DNA from: a candidate division FCPU426 bacterium
GTDB taxonomy: Bacteria; Oederibacteriota; Muellerivitia; Muellerivitales; Muellerivitaceae
Length of the DNA stretch: 64,000 bases
Direction: 5' to 3'
Assembly (NCBI GenBank): GCA_963771075.1
Contig: CAVYSE010000021.1
Location: 15,591-79,590 of the forward strand
Each line of letters begins with the position of its first letter. Position 1 is the first letter of the stretch. The notes under the pieces were generated by a model. The model was not told the DNA's origin, made no database searches, and saw only the letters and a program-made list of their open reading frames with translations. The translations under genes were made by a program, and so were the position numbers. This document shows positions 19,701 through 28,890 of the stretch, in pieces.

Positions 19701-21512
19701 GACGAAAGTCGCCGTCGTCGTGTCATTGTTGGAAGCATAGGTTGAACCACCCGTCACCGCGCCTCCGTTATATTCATAATAGGGGCAACCAGGAAGTGGG
19801 GTCGGCGTTGTAGTGGCTGTAGGAGTTCCAGTAGCGGTAAAGGTGTATAGCGGAGTGGGGGTCCAAGTACGTGTTGTCGTGGCCGAGGGAGTCGAAGTAG
19901 CGCAAGGGCCAAAGAAACCTAAATCATCAACAAAAATCGTTTGCGTTCCCGAGGGCATTCCCGCCCCCGTCGTAAAGTCAATTTCCATGACGGAAGTATT
20001 CGTAAAAGTGGATACCGCTTTGAAATTGGAAGTTGGAATCAAAACTGATTGCCAAGAAGTGGTTATACCGCTTGGTAAAATGTACCTGTTAAGGTAACAG
20101 AAGTTGAATGATCTTGGGCTGCTCGTTGAATCAACTAAATTAACCATGCAATTATTGATCGGAGCGCCGGTTGTAGCTGTAATCCAGAACTGTAAATAGG
20201 TGTATTGGGTCATGTCTAATAAGTTATGGTAAGGGGGGGCGACCGGATTCGCAGTAGCGTAATTGGCCCAATTCAGTCCGGTTCCTGCGTAATAGCTGTT
20301 CTAGTCCAATTAAACGCGATTTCTAAACAATCCGTTCTTGAATGATATCGGATTTGGTTGTAATTCAGTATCGGTAGCGGAAGACGTCCATGTTTTAATG
20401 GTAGACAAATCGGTAGTTGACGTATCCCCGTTGTAATAAATTGATTCGCAGCCCGACACGGTCGGGGTAGCGGTTGGAGTCGCGGTGACTGTGGGTGTAC
20501 GAGTGGGGGTATAGGTCTGGGTGGAAGTACCAGGCACAGGCGTATTGGTGTGGGTACTGGTGGGCCCGGTTACACAACTCGCAAATTGACTCGTGCTAAA
20601 CCAAGGGTCCTGGCCGCTATTAGCATTAGGACCCCACTGACCGCTATTTGCGAAAACGGTTACCGGGGCGAGGCCTGATTCATAACTAGTTAGTTGGAAA
20701 TAAGAAGTATAACTTGAATAGGTGGGGTTCCCATTCCCGCCCCAGAAGAAAGGGAGATTATTACTTCCGCCGGCATCCGATGAACAAGCGGCAAATGGGC
20801 CCGTGGAACTGGTACTGTACCCAACCGACTTAATGGGCAAGGAAGCGTTGGCAAACATGATCGGGTTATACCCTGACTTCGCGCCATTATACGCAACTCC
20901 TATATTGCCACCCGAGCCACTCACCGCGGTCAATATGCTCGCCGGACACACGACAAACCGCCAAGTTACGGTTGATCCTGAAAGGGTATTGGTTCCGGAA
21001 TTGGATGGGAAGGAACCGCCCCCAGATAATGTGGAGTAGGCTGCGGTGGCAATATCCAAATGATATGAACCCACCCAACAATTATTGGCATTGTTCCCAC
21101 CTTGTGGGCACTCATCCACAATCACAACCGTTACGGATGCCCCATTGCTGGAATTATGTAATGCCGCGCAGGCCCCGCATGGAAATCCGCCCAAATGTCC
21201 ACCATTTCCACCCGAGGCGGCCGTATCGCCAAAACTATCACTGTCAATAGCCGCATAGGCATTTGAAGCAAAAGCGCCTGTCTCGGCGTAACCGCAAGCG
21301 GTTTCACCGGTTAAAGAGTATTCGGTCGGCTGGTTTTCCTCGTAAGTTATCGGGGCATCATTAGGGCAAAATTGGGGCGTAGCCAACAAGGTAGGAATAG
21401 CGACATAATTGGAATAGCTATAGGGTTGTGCGGCATTCAATCGGGATTGGAATAAAAATAAAAGGGCAAAAACCGAAACCCTTAAAAACGATATTTGGGT
21501 TTTATTTTTCAT
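16719..21512 (-). CDS. Large modular secreted protein: expansin-like (DPBB plus CBM63-like), two CBM-like repeats, Thr-rich linkers, Ig-like module and CTD; interrupted at about 20300-20350
   Basis: ORFs 20310..21512 and 16719..20213 share a frame. The 5' part has expansin motifs (TACGY, CGAC, VDECP, HLDI, WRFVVCP). The frame reopens at 20300 (NSYYAGTGLNWANY...), matching the second repeat NGYFAGFGFNWAGY. Ends PYPNP...GLYYLRI...KVLVLR. Confidence 0.8.
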
Positions 21513-21860
21513 GGCCTTAAAAACCTTTCAATCCCCGAATTTCTAGTACCTATGCATGATACCAAATATTACTTTTTTTCATTAAAAATGCAATTTCCGT
21601 GCCCTAAAAAGCGCTACCAAAAACACCAATTTTAGCGGTAACTGCTTGTGTTTCATCACATATGCTATTTTGCGCCAAGTGGGTGTTTCCCGTTAAACTG
21701 TTTTTCCGGTCAAACTTACGACAAAATCACCGAACTTTTGACATCTGAATCATATTTCATTGAAAATATTGAATCTAATTTCCCACTAATGATTAGCAGT
21801 ACTTAGACCGCTTTTTGAAATAATCACTGTAAATAAGCAAAATAAAAGCGATCCAAAAGG

Positions 21861-22481
21861 TTGATTCCCGTGCACCCAGTAAAATTATCCATTCTAGTTC
21901 CTTTTCTTTTTAGTCTAGGCCTCATTCTCTTGAATCAAGGTTGTGGATCTTCCCCGGCAAATGTCAAACCGGGAGGCCTTCAAATTGGCGATAAGGTCGA
22001 TGATTTTTCATTGATGGATGACAACGGTCAAATAATGAAGCTTTCGGATGTCCCGTCCGGTTGGTACCTGGTTATCGTTTTATACCGCGGATATTGGTGC
22101 AACGCCTGTCGGGATCAACTTTTTAAGTTAAAGGAAGATTTCCCGAGATTCGCTCCATTACACGCTACTCTGGTAGCGGTCAGCACCGATAGCGTGGAAG
22201 ATTCTGCAACAATCAACCAACAATGGCGGTTTCCCTTTCCACTTCTTTCCGATCCGCACTTGAGCCTAATCACCGCTTTGGGGGCTCTTCATGCCAAGGG
22301 CCATGGAATCCACGACATTGCGCATCCTGCGATTATCATCCTTGATCCACAAAAAATAATTCGTTACAAGATCATTGGCCAGAACCCGATCGATCTTCCC
22401 AATGACAATGAGCTCATTTACATACTCCAACAAATGGAATTGGACCTGAGTAAAAACCAACCAGGGGGTTCAATTAAATGA
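21861..22481 (+). CDS. Peroxiredoxin-like (AhpC/TSA) probable lipoprotein
   Basis: YRGYWCNAC and FPLLSDP motifs; lipobox-like LLNQGC. Confidence 0.82.
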   Translation: MIPVHPVKLSILVPFLFSLGLILLNQGCGSSPANVKPGGLQIGDKVDDFSLMDDNGQIMKLSDVPSGWYLVIVLYRGYWCNACRDQLFKLKEDFPRFAPLHATLVAVSTDSVEDSATINQQWRFPFPLLSDPHLSLITALGALHAKGHGIHDIAHPAIIILDPQKIIRYKIIGQNPIDLPNDNELIYILQQMELDLSKNQPGGSIK

Positions 22482-22498
22482 ACATTCCATTCGTTTAT

Positions 22499-24718
22499 TT
22501 AGTTTCCAACTAAACCCTTCTCAAGCACGCCTTCCGGCACTCCCCTCCGCTTCATGATTAAATGTAATTGATGCCGCAAGATAGGCATTCGTTTGGCTAA
22601 CTCCCGCAATTCGGAAGAAGAAATAACCAGAGTGGATAAATCGGTCAATGCGGTCGCGGTGGCGTTTCGCCTATCGGTGTAGCCCATGGCCACGTTTTCA
22701 CCGAAAAAATCCCCCGCTTTCAGCTCGGTTGCTAACAAGACCTTTCCGTGGTCGTTTTTTTTAGAGATCCCCACGCGCCCAACTGAAATGATAAAAAAAT
22801 CCTCCGTCTTGCTGCCCTGCCGGAAGATCACCTCATCCTTCTTGAAAAACTGGTTACGGGCGAGAAGGGATATCTCGTGCTTTGCGGTCGGATCCAAATC
22901 CCTAAAGATCGCGACGGATGAAATCAGCGGGCGCCTTTTCCAAAGACTTTCAAACTGATCTTTCAGCTCATTCTTTTCAACAAAGTCGAGAAAAAGATCC
23001 CCCGCCAGTTGAAAAAGAATAACGGGTGTTTTGGTTACTACCGTCGCATTCGTCTTGGATCGGTTGATGATGGACATCTCCCCGAAAAAGTCCCCGCCTT
23101 CCAGGATCGCCAGCAAGGGATCTTTTTCATTCTCGGGGTCCAAAACCTCTAAAGTTCCCGAGAGGATGAAATAAAACCGATCTCCTTCCCGGCCCTTTTT
23201 CACGACTTCATAATCCGATGGAAATTCAACCACATTCCCAAGGGAAAGCAGGATATTGAGCCAACTGAGGTCTTTCACATGCAGGAGTTTGAGGGCTTGG
23301 ATGACCCCGCTAAAAACCGACTGGGGAAATTGCCGTTCCGGGATAAAGGTCTTTCCCCACCCCGGGCGGGCCACTTGATATTTGGATGTATCCAACTTCG
23401 AAGGATTGATATGGTAAAAAAGGAACTCGGTTTCGGGAAAACGGGAGATGGCGGAATCCCAATCCCCGGGCTCCCCATGGATCATGCCCCCTCCCGCATC
23501 GATCATGGCCAGTTCCTCATCCCCCCTCACCAAAGCCTTCATTCGCGCCACATGGTCCGTGCTAACGCATCCCTGAGTTGCCAAGTGGTCCATCCCCTTG
23601 AAATGATCAAGGTCGCTGGAATGCAAAAGCGTGTGATTTTTCCCTTTGTCATCCGGCACGGACACACGAAATCCGATCGTCGGAATGGAATGGATGGTAT
23701 AAAAGAATTCCCAAGTCGCCCCGTAAAGGAAATAACTTTTCCCGGGAATGACCTCAACGAAGGGCATCATTTGTCGGACCATCTCGGCCGATTCACCGAT
23801 AATGTTGGCCACTTTCAAAACGGTTGATTCATATATTTCTCGGGTGGAGATCAAATTAAAAGAATGTTCTGAAAGCAAAAGCTCGCTCAAGGCGCAATGA
23901 TCATCGTGTACATGGGTTTGGATCACGGCAGTCAGTCGGTCCTTGGAAACCCCCACCTGTTTGAGATACTTGGAGATTCCGGCGGGCGAATCCACCAGAA
24001 AGGCATTCCCATGGATCCACATCAAGATTCCGGTCGTCGGCCCCTCCGGGTCAAAACCGGTATAACAGCCTAAAACCTTAAGCCGCAAACCTTGGGGCTT
24101 TTCCACTTCGCCGGATAGATCCAGCAGGGGAGGAAGTTGCTCGCCCTCAAAATTCAGGTCCAATAGGGTTTTCTCTTTTTCCTGGATCACCTCGTATCGG
24201 TTCCCCCCCAAACGCTTGATCAGGAATTGATTTGAATCCGCGAAAATCGGTACGCTGGCCTCTCCATCCTCTTCCGGAAGCTGGACAAATTCGAACACAT
24301 CATCGACATTCAGGATCACGCCGTTTCGTTTCAGGGCCAAGCCTTCCGACATCTTGACCAACATTTCCGCCCGGCTCTTGCTGATTCCCCATTTTTTGAG
24401 TTCTTCCCGACTGGGTCCCAGCAGGGTGATCCGCAGGATCTCGTAAAGCCTTTCACACATGGGTTTGGTCCCCAAAACCCTGAATTTCAGGTTTCGTTGG
24501 TATCCCTGCTCCACGAAAAGGAACCAATAACCCAAAAACTCAAAAGCCATTTGGGAAACACCGTTTCGATGGACGATATCAGGGAGAATACCGACTTGGG
24601 GAATTTGCTTCTTTTTTTTGAGAAGAACCTTCAATATCTCGGGCGGGCTGCCCAAAAGCGCACTTGTGACGGGGCCTTCTAAATGGTAACAACCTGGGGC
24701 GAGAGGCGTGATTTTCAT
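22499..24718 (-). CDS. MBL-fold metallohydrolase fused to two cyclic-nucleotide-binding domains
   Basis: THVHDDH and HSIPT (MBL); two cNMP domains, FFGEMSII...NATV and FFGENVA...RNATA. Confidence 0.85.
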   Translation of the reverse strand: MKITPLAPGCYHLEGPVTSALLGSPPEILKVLLKKKKQIPQVGILPDIVHRNGVSQMAFEFLGYWFLFVEQGYQRNLKFRVLGTKPMCERLYEILRITLLGPSREELKKWGISKSRAEMLVKMSEGLALKRNGVILNVDDVFEFVQLPEEDGEASVPIFADSNQFLIKRLGGNRYEVIQEKEKTLLDLNFEGEQLPPLLDLSGEVEKPQGLRLKVLGCYTGFDPEGPTTGILMWIHGNAFLVDSPAGISKYLKQVGVSKDRLTAVIQTHVHDDHCALSELLLSEHSFNLISTREIYESTVLKVANIIGESAEMVRQMMPFVEVIPGKSYFLYGATWEFFYTIHSIPTIGFRVSVPDDKGKNHTLLHSSDLDHFKGMDHLATQGCVSTDHVARMKALVRGDEELAMIDAGGGMIHGEPGDWDSAISRFPETEFLFYHINPSKLDTSKYQVARPGWGKTFIPERQFPQSVFSGVIQALKLLHVKDLSWLNILLSLGNVVEFPSDYEVVKKGREGDRFYFILSGTLEVLDPENEKDPLLAILEGGDFFGEMSIINRSKTNATVVTKTPVILFQLAGDLFLDFVEKNELKDQFESLWKRRPLISSVAIFRDLDPTAKHEISLLARNQFFKKDEVIFRQGSKTEDFFIISVGRVGISKKNDHGKVLLATELKAGDFFGENVAMGYTDRRNATATALTDLSTLVISSSELRELAKRMPILRHQLHLIMKRRGVPEGVLEKGLVGN

Positions 24719-25008
24719 TGGTTAATCCTCGGCTTTCCTTACTAAGCAGTCGGCACCGTTTTCAGGAAGCTCAATCAAATCGACTCAGCAAGAATTGGAT
24801 TTACTTCGATTTTCAATCGTTTCGAGCGGTCGAAATGTGGGTTCATTATAAAAAACGCATAAAATCAGGTCAATGCAAGGGGCCAGCCCTCCTTCCGCTT
24901 CAAGAGTCAATCAATTGCGTTTATCCATCAATTTAACTAAAACCCTTATTTTTCTCAAAAAACCCCATTCAATAACATTAGAATGCCTCATTCTTTAAGG
25001 AGACTTCC

Positions 25009-26835
25009 TTGGCGCAACTCGACCCTTTTAGCAAATACCGACCCATTCCCCTCTCCCGCAAACGCCGTACCAAACTACCCTCTTTTCGGACTATCGTTCT
25101 ATTGGCGCTTGTCCTCAGCGGGGTGGTCACCTCCAAAACCTACCTTTTAAATCAATACAACTATTTCAAGGGCCTCAAATACTGGAAATCCGGTGATTTG
25201 GAACTGTCCCGAATGGAATTCACGAAGGTTTTGGACCGAAATCCCGGCAACGCCAAGGCCATCGACGGCTTAGGCTTGGTCGAATTGAAGGCGGGCAACC
25301 TGGACAAAGCCAAGGAAAAATACGGCCAGGCCATGGGAACGGGTCTCACTTTCAGCCAAAGGTTTGACCACCTTAAATTCGGCCAAACCTTTATTGATCA
25401 AGGTCTATACAACCAGGCCGAGTTGGAACTGCAACATGCCCAGGAGCTTCAACCCAATAATCCGGAAATTTATATCGCATTAGGTACATGCCAAAGGGCT
25501 TTGGGCGAGGTTGTCAACGGGGAAAAGGCCTATGAAAAAGCCCTGGCCCTCCAGCCCAAGAACAAAAAAATTCAAGTTCTTCTGGAACAGGCCCGAGAGG
25601 AAAAAGACCGCGGCTCCATCTACTATATATATGATCGCAACGGGGTCCCTCTAGCCCTTCAATGGATTAAAAATGGTGCCAAAGGCTATCCCATGGGCAA
25701 GGAGTTCGCCCACCTCATCGGCTATTACGATCAGGACCCCATCAACAACCGCGGATCGGCCGGTTTGGAACAGATCTACCAAAAGGATTTCCCCGGCAAC
25801 AAGCTTTATCTCACCATAGATAGCCGCATCCAGCGCGTCCTTTCCAAGGCCATGGGCTGGGAAAAGGGCGCCATCGTGGTCCTGAACCCGCGCACGGGGG
25901 AAATCCTGGGCTGCGTCTCCCAACCCACCTACACGCCGGAAAAAATCCATAATGAGTGGGGCAATTACAATTGGAACAAAAACACGCCTCTCAAAAACCG
26001 GGCCTTTGAAGGCCTCTACGAACCCGGTTCCATCATCAAAATCGTCAGTTCGGCCGCCGCCGTGGAAAAGAACATCAACCTCAACCTGGTATTTCCCATC
26101 TTCTGTAAGGGTTACGTGAACATCGACGGCCAATTCTTTTACGATTGGCAAAAACACAAGACCGTCCGAAGCCTGGAAGAGGCCTTCGACGATTCCTGCA
26201 ACGTTTCCTACGCCAAACTGGGCTCGGTTCTGGGCGAGGATACCCTTTTCGAGTTCAACAACCGTTTCGGGTTCAACTCCATTCCCAAAACCCTCAGCGT
26301 GCCGGTTTCCATGGGCTTCTCCCCCCGTTTGGGGCTGACCCATTATGAGCTGGCCGAATCGGCGACCGGCCTGGGAAAATCCTTCCGCATTACGCCCTTG
26401 AACGCGGCGCTGATCGCCTCGGCGATCGCCGATGACGGGGTCATGATGTCGCCCTACCTGGTGAGCAAGCTCACCAACATCAATGGCGCCATCCTGGAAG
26501 AAAATAAGCCGGTCATTTATAAAAACACCATCAGCCGACAGACCGCCCAGTTCCTCACGACCATGATGCTCAACGACGTGGAAAGGGGCATTGGCGTCAA
26601 GGCCCGCACCAAGGGCATCAAGATCGCCGGAAAGACCGGAACTTCCGGTTCCCGGGACCCGAATTTCCATGCCTGGTTCATCTGTTTCGCCCCGGTCGAG
26701 AATCCCAAGATCGCCATGGCCATCCTGGCGGAAAACGGCGGCACGGGCAAGGATGTGGCGGCCCCCATCGCCCGTAAGGTTTTCGAGGGCATCATGGATT
26801 TCGCGGACTTGACTTCCGATACCGAAAAAAAATAA
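25009..26835 (+). CDS. TPR-containing class B penicillin-binding transpeptidase
   Basis: N-terminal TM segment and TPR repeats, then SxxK (PGSIIK), SCN and KTGT motifs. Confidence 0.9.
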   Translation: MAQLDPFSKYRPIPLSRKRRTKLPSFRTIVLLALVLSGVVTSKTYLLNQYNYFKGLKYWKSGDLELSRMEFTKVLDRNPGNAKAIDGLGLVELKAGNLDKAKEKYGQAMGTGLTFSQRFDHLKFGQTFIDQGLYNQAELELQHAQELQPNNPEIYIALGTCQRALGEVVNGEKAYEKALALQPKNKKIQVLLEQAREEKDRGSIYYIYDRNGVPLALQWIKNGAKGYPMGKEFAHLIGYYDQDPINNRGSAGLEQIYQKDFPGNKLYLTIDSRIQRVLSKAMGWEKGAIVVLNPRTGEILGCVSQPTYTPEKIHNEWGNYNWNKNTPLKNRAFEGLYEPGSIIKIVSSAAAVEKNINLNLVFPIFCKGYVNIDGQFFYDWQKHKTVRSLEEAFDDSCNVSYAKLGSVLGEDTLFEFNNRFGFNSIPKTLSVPVSMGFSPRLGLTHYELAESATGLGKSFRITPLNAALIASAIADDGVMMSPYLVSKLTNINGAILEENKPVIYKNTISRQTAQFLTTMMLNDVERGIGVKARTKGIKIAGKTGTSGSRDPNFHAWFICFAPVENPKIAMAILAENGGTGKDVAAPIARKVFEGIMDFADLTSDTEKK

Positions 26836-26852
26836 AGGCTTACGGGAATCCA

Positions 26853-27074
26853 ATGGAAATATTGAAGGGGTTCGCCAGCTTTTTAATGGGAACGATCGGC
26901 GCCTGGATGATGTGGCGCGGCAAAAAAACCATGCAGCCCAAAATGATCCTCTGGGGAGGGATATTGATCGTTCTTTCTTATTGGATCTTTTCCATCGGCG
27001 GGAATGACGAGGTCTCCAAGGAAGCCATCAAATCCATCATTTCCACCACGACCGGCCAATCCCAGCAACCCTAA
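26853..27074 (+). CDS. Small membrane protein, unknown function
   Basis: 73 aa with two hydrophobic segments, directly after the PBP gene. Confidence 0.65.
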   Translation: MEILKGFASFLMGTIGAWMMWRGKKTMQPKMILWGGILIVLSYWIFSIGGNDEVSKEAIKSIISTTTGQSQQP

Positions 27075-27079
27075 CGATC

Positions 27080-28225
27080 CTAGGCCACTTCCAATTTTTT
27101 CGGGTAGGCCGTCAGGTTCAGGTGGCCCTTCTCGGTGACGACCAGCAGATCCTCAATGCGTACCGCGCCTTGGCCCGGGTAATAGAGTCCCGGCTCCACC
27201 GTCACCACTTCCCCTTTTTTCAATAAATGTTCGGTGGAATTGATGCGAGGAGGCTCATGCACGTCCAAACCGAGTCCATGCCCGGTGCCGTGGAAAAAGC
27301 CCATCATGACCCCCTTGCGCCGTTCGGTTCTGTAACCGCGGCCTTCCATCTCTTTCGTAATGGCCTGGTGAACATCCCGGCCGTTCACCCCCGGGGCCAC
27401 CATGGCGATTCCCTTTTCCTGGGCCGATCGAACCGCCTCATATTGGGCCTTTAAGGCGGGGGAGGCCTTGCCCTTCACGAAGGTTCGCGTGATGTCGGCG
27501 TAATAGAGGGTGGCGCCCGACCTCGGAAAAACATCCACGATCAGCGATTGGTTCGCCCAAACGAGGCCCGTTCCCTCCTGATGGGGATCGCACCCTTGAT
27601 TCCCGCTGGCAACGATGGTGTGGCTTCCGACACAGTTGTGTTCCATCATGGAAATATTCAGCACCCGTTTGAGCATTTCCGAGGTCACCCACTCGCCCCG
27701 GTAGGTGATCCTTTTGCCTTTGATTTTCGATTGCTGGAGGACCTTCTCCAATTGGTGGATCGCCCCCTCGGTCACCCGAAGAGATTGGGTGATCATCCGG
27801 ACTTCTTCCTTGGATTTGTAAACCCTCTCCTCGAAAAAGGGGTCCGCCTTGCACTCCACCGAAATGCCTTTCTTGCGCAAAGCATCCGCCAGCCCCAGGT
27901 TGAAATTTTCCGGTACCCGGACCCGTGCGATGCCTTTCTTCTTGAGGAAGAAGGAAGTCACCTCGGCCAAGCCGGGCCGGTCTCCCTCTTTCTTGCGGGC
28001 CTGCAATTGGATATCCGAGTAGGAAAGGACCTCATCCACCTTGGCTTGTTTCTGGGCGCGTCCCAACTCCAGGTCGCTCATCAGGATGATCTTCTTGGAC
28101 CCAATTTGAAAATAGGGGAAAGGATCGGGCACCACGAATTGGACGGCGTAATAAAGGTTCGAGTCCGATTCGCTGGCACCATACATCATCAGGGCGGTCG
28201 ATTTGGTTTTAGGGGCGAAGGCCAT
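27080..28225 (-). CDS. Xaa-Pro aminopeptidase, M24 family
   Basis: YYADITRT, FFHGTGHGLGLDVHE, TVEPGLY and RIED motifs. Confidence 0.94.
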   Translation of the reverse strand: MAFAPKTKSTALMMYGASESDSNLYYAVQFVVPDPFPYFQIGSKKIILMSDLELGRAQKQAKVDEVLSYSDIQLQARKKEGDRPGLAEVTSFFLKKKGIARVRVPENFNLGLADALRKKGISVECKADPFFEERVYKSKEEVRMITQSLRVTEGAIHQLEKVLQQSKIKGKRITYRGEWVTSEMLKRVLNISMMEHNCVGSHTIVASGNQGCDPHQEGTGLVWANQSLIVDVFPRSGATLYYADITRTFVKGKASPALKAQYEAVRSAQEKGIAMVAPGVNGRDVHQAITKEMEGRGYRTERRKGVMMGFFHGTGHGLGLDVHEPPRINSTEHLLKKGEVVTVEPGLYYPGQGAVRIEDLLVVTEKGHLNLTAYPKKLEVA

Positions 28226-28298
28226 GGTTTCCTTTTGAATACGGGGTTATGAATTCACCAAATGAAATCTTATTCGGGTCTCCAGGGTGATTCCATTT

Positions 28299-28793
28299 TC
28301 AGAAGTAATATCTAGCACCCAGCTCGCCATCCAAATTAAAGGAGGTATCCCCACCAGTATTGAACCAGAGAACGGGCACTAACTGAACATAGATGTCCAC
28401 TGGAACATCCACCCGGTCGAAAAGATAAGAAATCCCAACCACGCCGCGGGCCCCCACCGTAACGGTGGTTTGGAGCGACAGATCGCCGCCAAACCCGATA
28501 TAAAGGGGCATCTGCCCTTCCTTGGGATGGATGATGTCGAAATCATGCCAAAGATAATCCAATTGAAGGAGTGTATCGCTATTCCCCAGCTTCACGGCCG
28601 GCTGCAAAGCGTCCACCTTGTCGAGCCAAAGTTTGCCTACCGCTCCCCACGTTCCAGGGTCCCCGAATTCCAGGCCGATTCCAAAGGGGCCTCCTCCCTT
28701 AATGGCAGATTCATCCGCCCGGCCTAATCCGGTTTGCATCCAGAAAACCAACCCCATTAGCAGGATCACTGACGTACGCAGAATTGAACGCAT
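28299..28793 (-). CDS. Small outer-membrane beta-barrel-like protein
   Basis: Start set at ATG 28793 (MRSILRT, GGAAGG upstream); signal peptide, alternating beta strands, C-terminal ARYYF. Confidence 0.7.
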   Translation of the reverse strand: MRSILRTSVILLMGLVFWMQTGLGRADESAIKGGGPFGIGLEFGDPGTWGAVGKLWLDKVDALQPAVKLGNSDTLLQLDYLWHDFDIIHPKEGQMPLYIGFGGDLSLQTTVTVGARGVVGISYLFDRVDVPVDIYVQLVPVLWFNTGGDTSFNLDGELGARYYF

Positions 28794-28890
28794 CTGGCCT
28801 TCCCTTTCCCCAGCTCGTGGATAAAAAGCAAAGAAAATCATAATTTTCGCGAAACGATTAAGCAACGGGCCCGCCGCCGAATTTTTAGGG

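Noticed and set aside
10258..20097. Many plus-strand Val/Gly-rich ORFs and shifted-frame His/Pro-rich ORFs
   Set aside because: They are antisense or frame shadows of the Thr/Pro linkers, not independent genes.
20301..20312. Stop-codon readthrough or an alternative genetic code joining the two in-frame ORFs
   Set aside because: Two different stops (TAA, TAG) would need recoding, both end normal genes here, and the shifted frame gives the better protein bridge.
25651..26853. 400-aa minus-strand ORF opposite the PBP (similarly 46227..47330 and 58773..59723)
   Set aside because: Antisense shadows of GC3-rich genes with no recognisable motifs.
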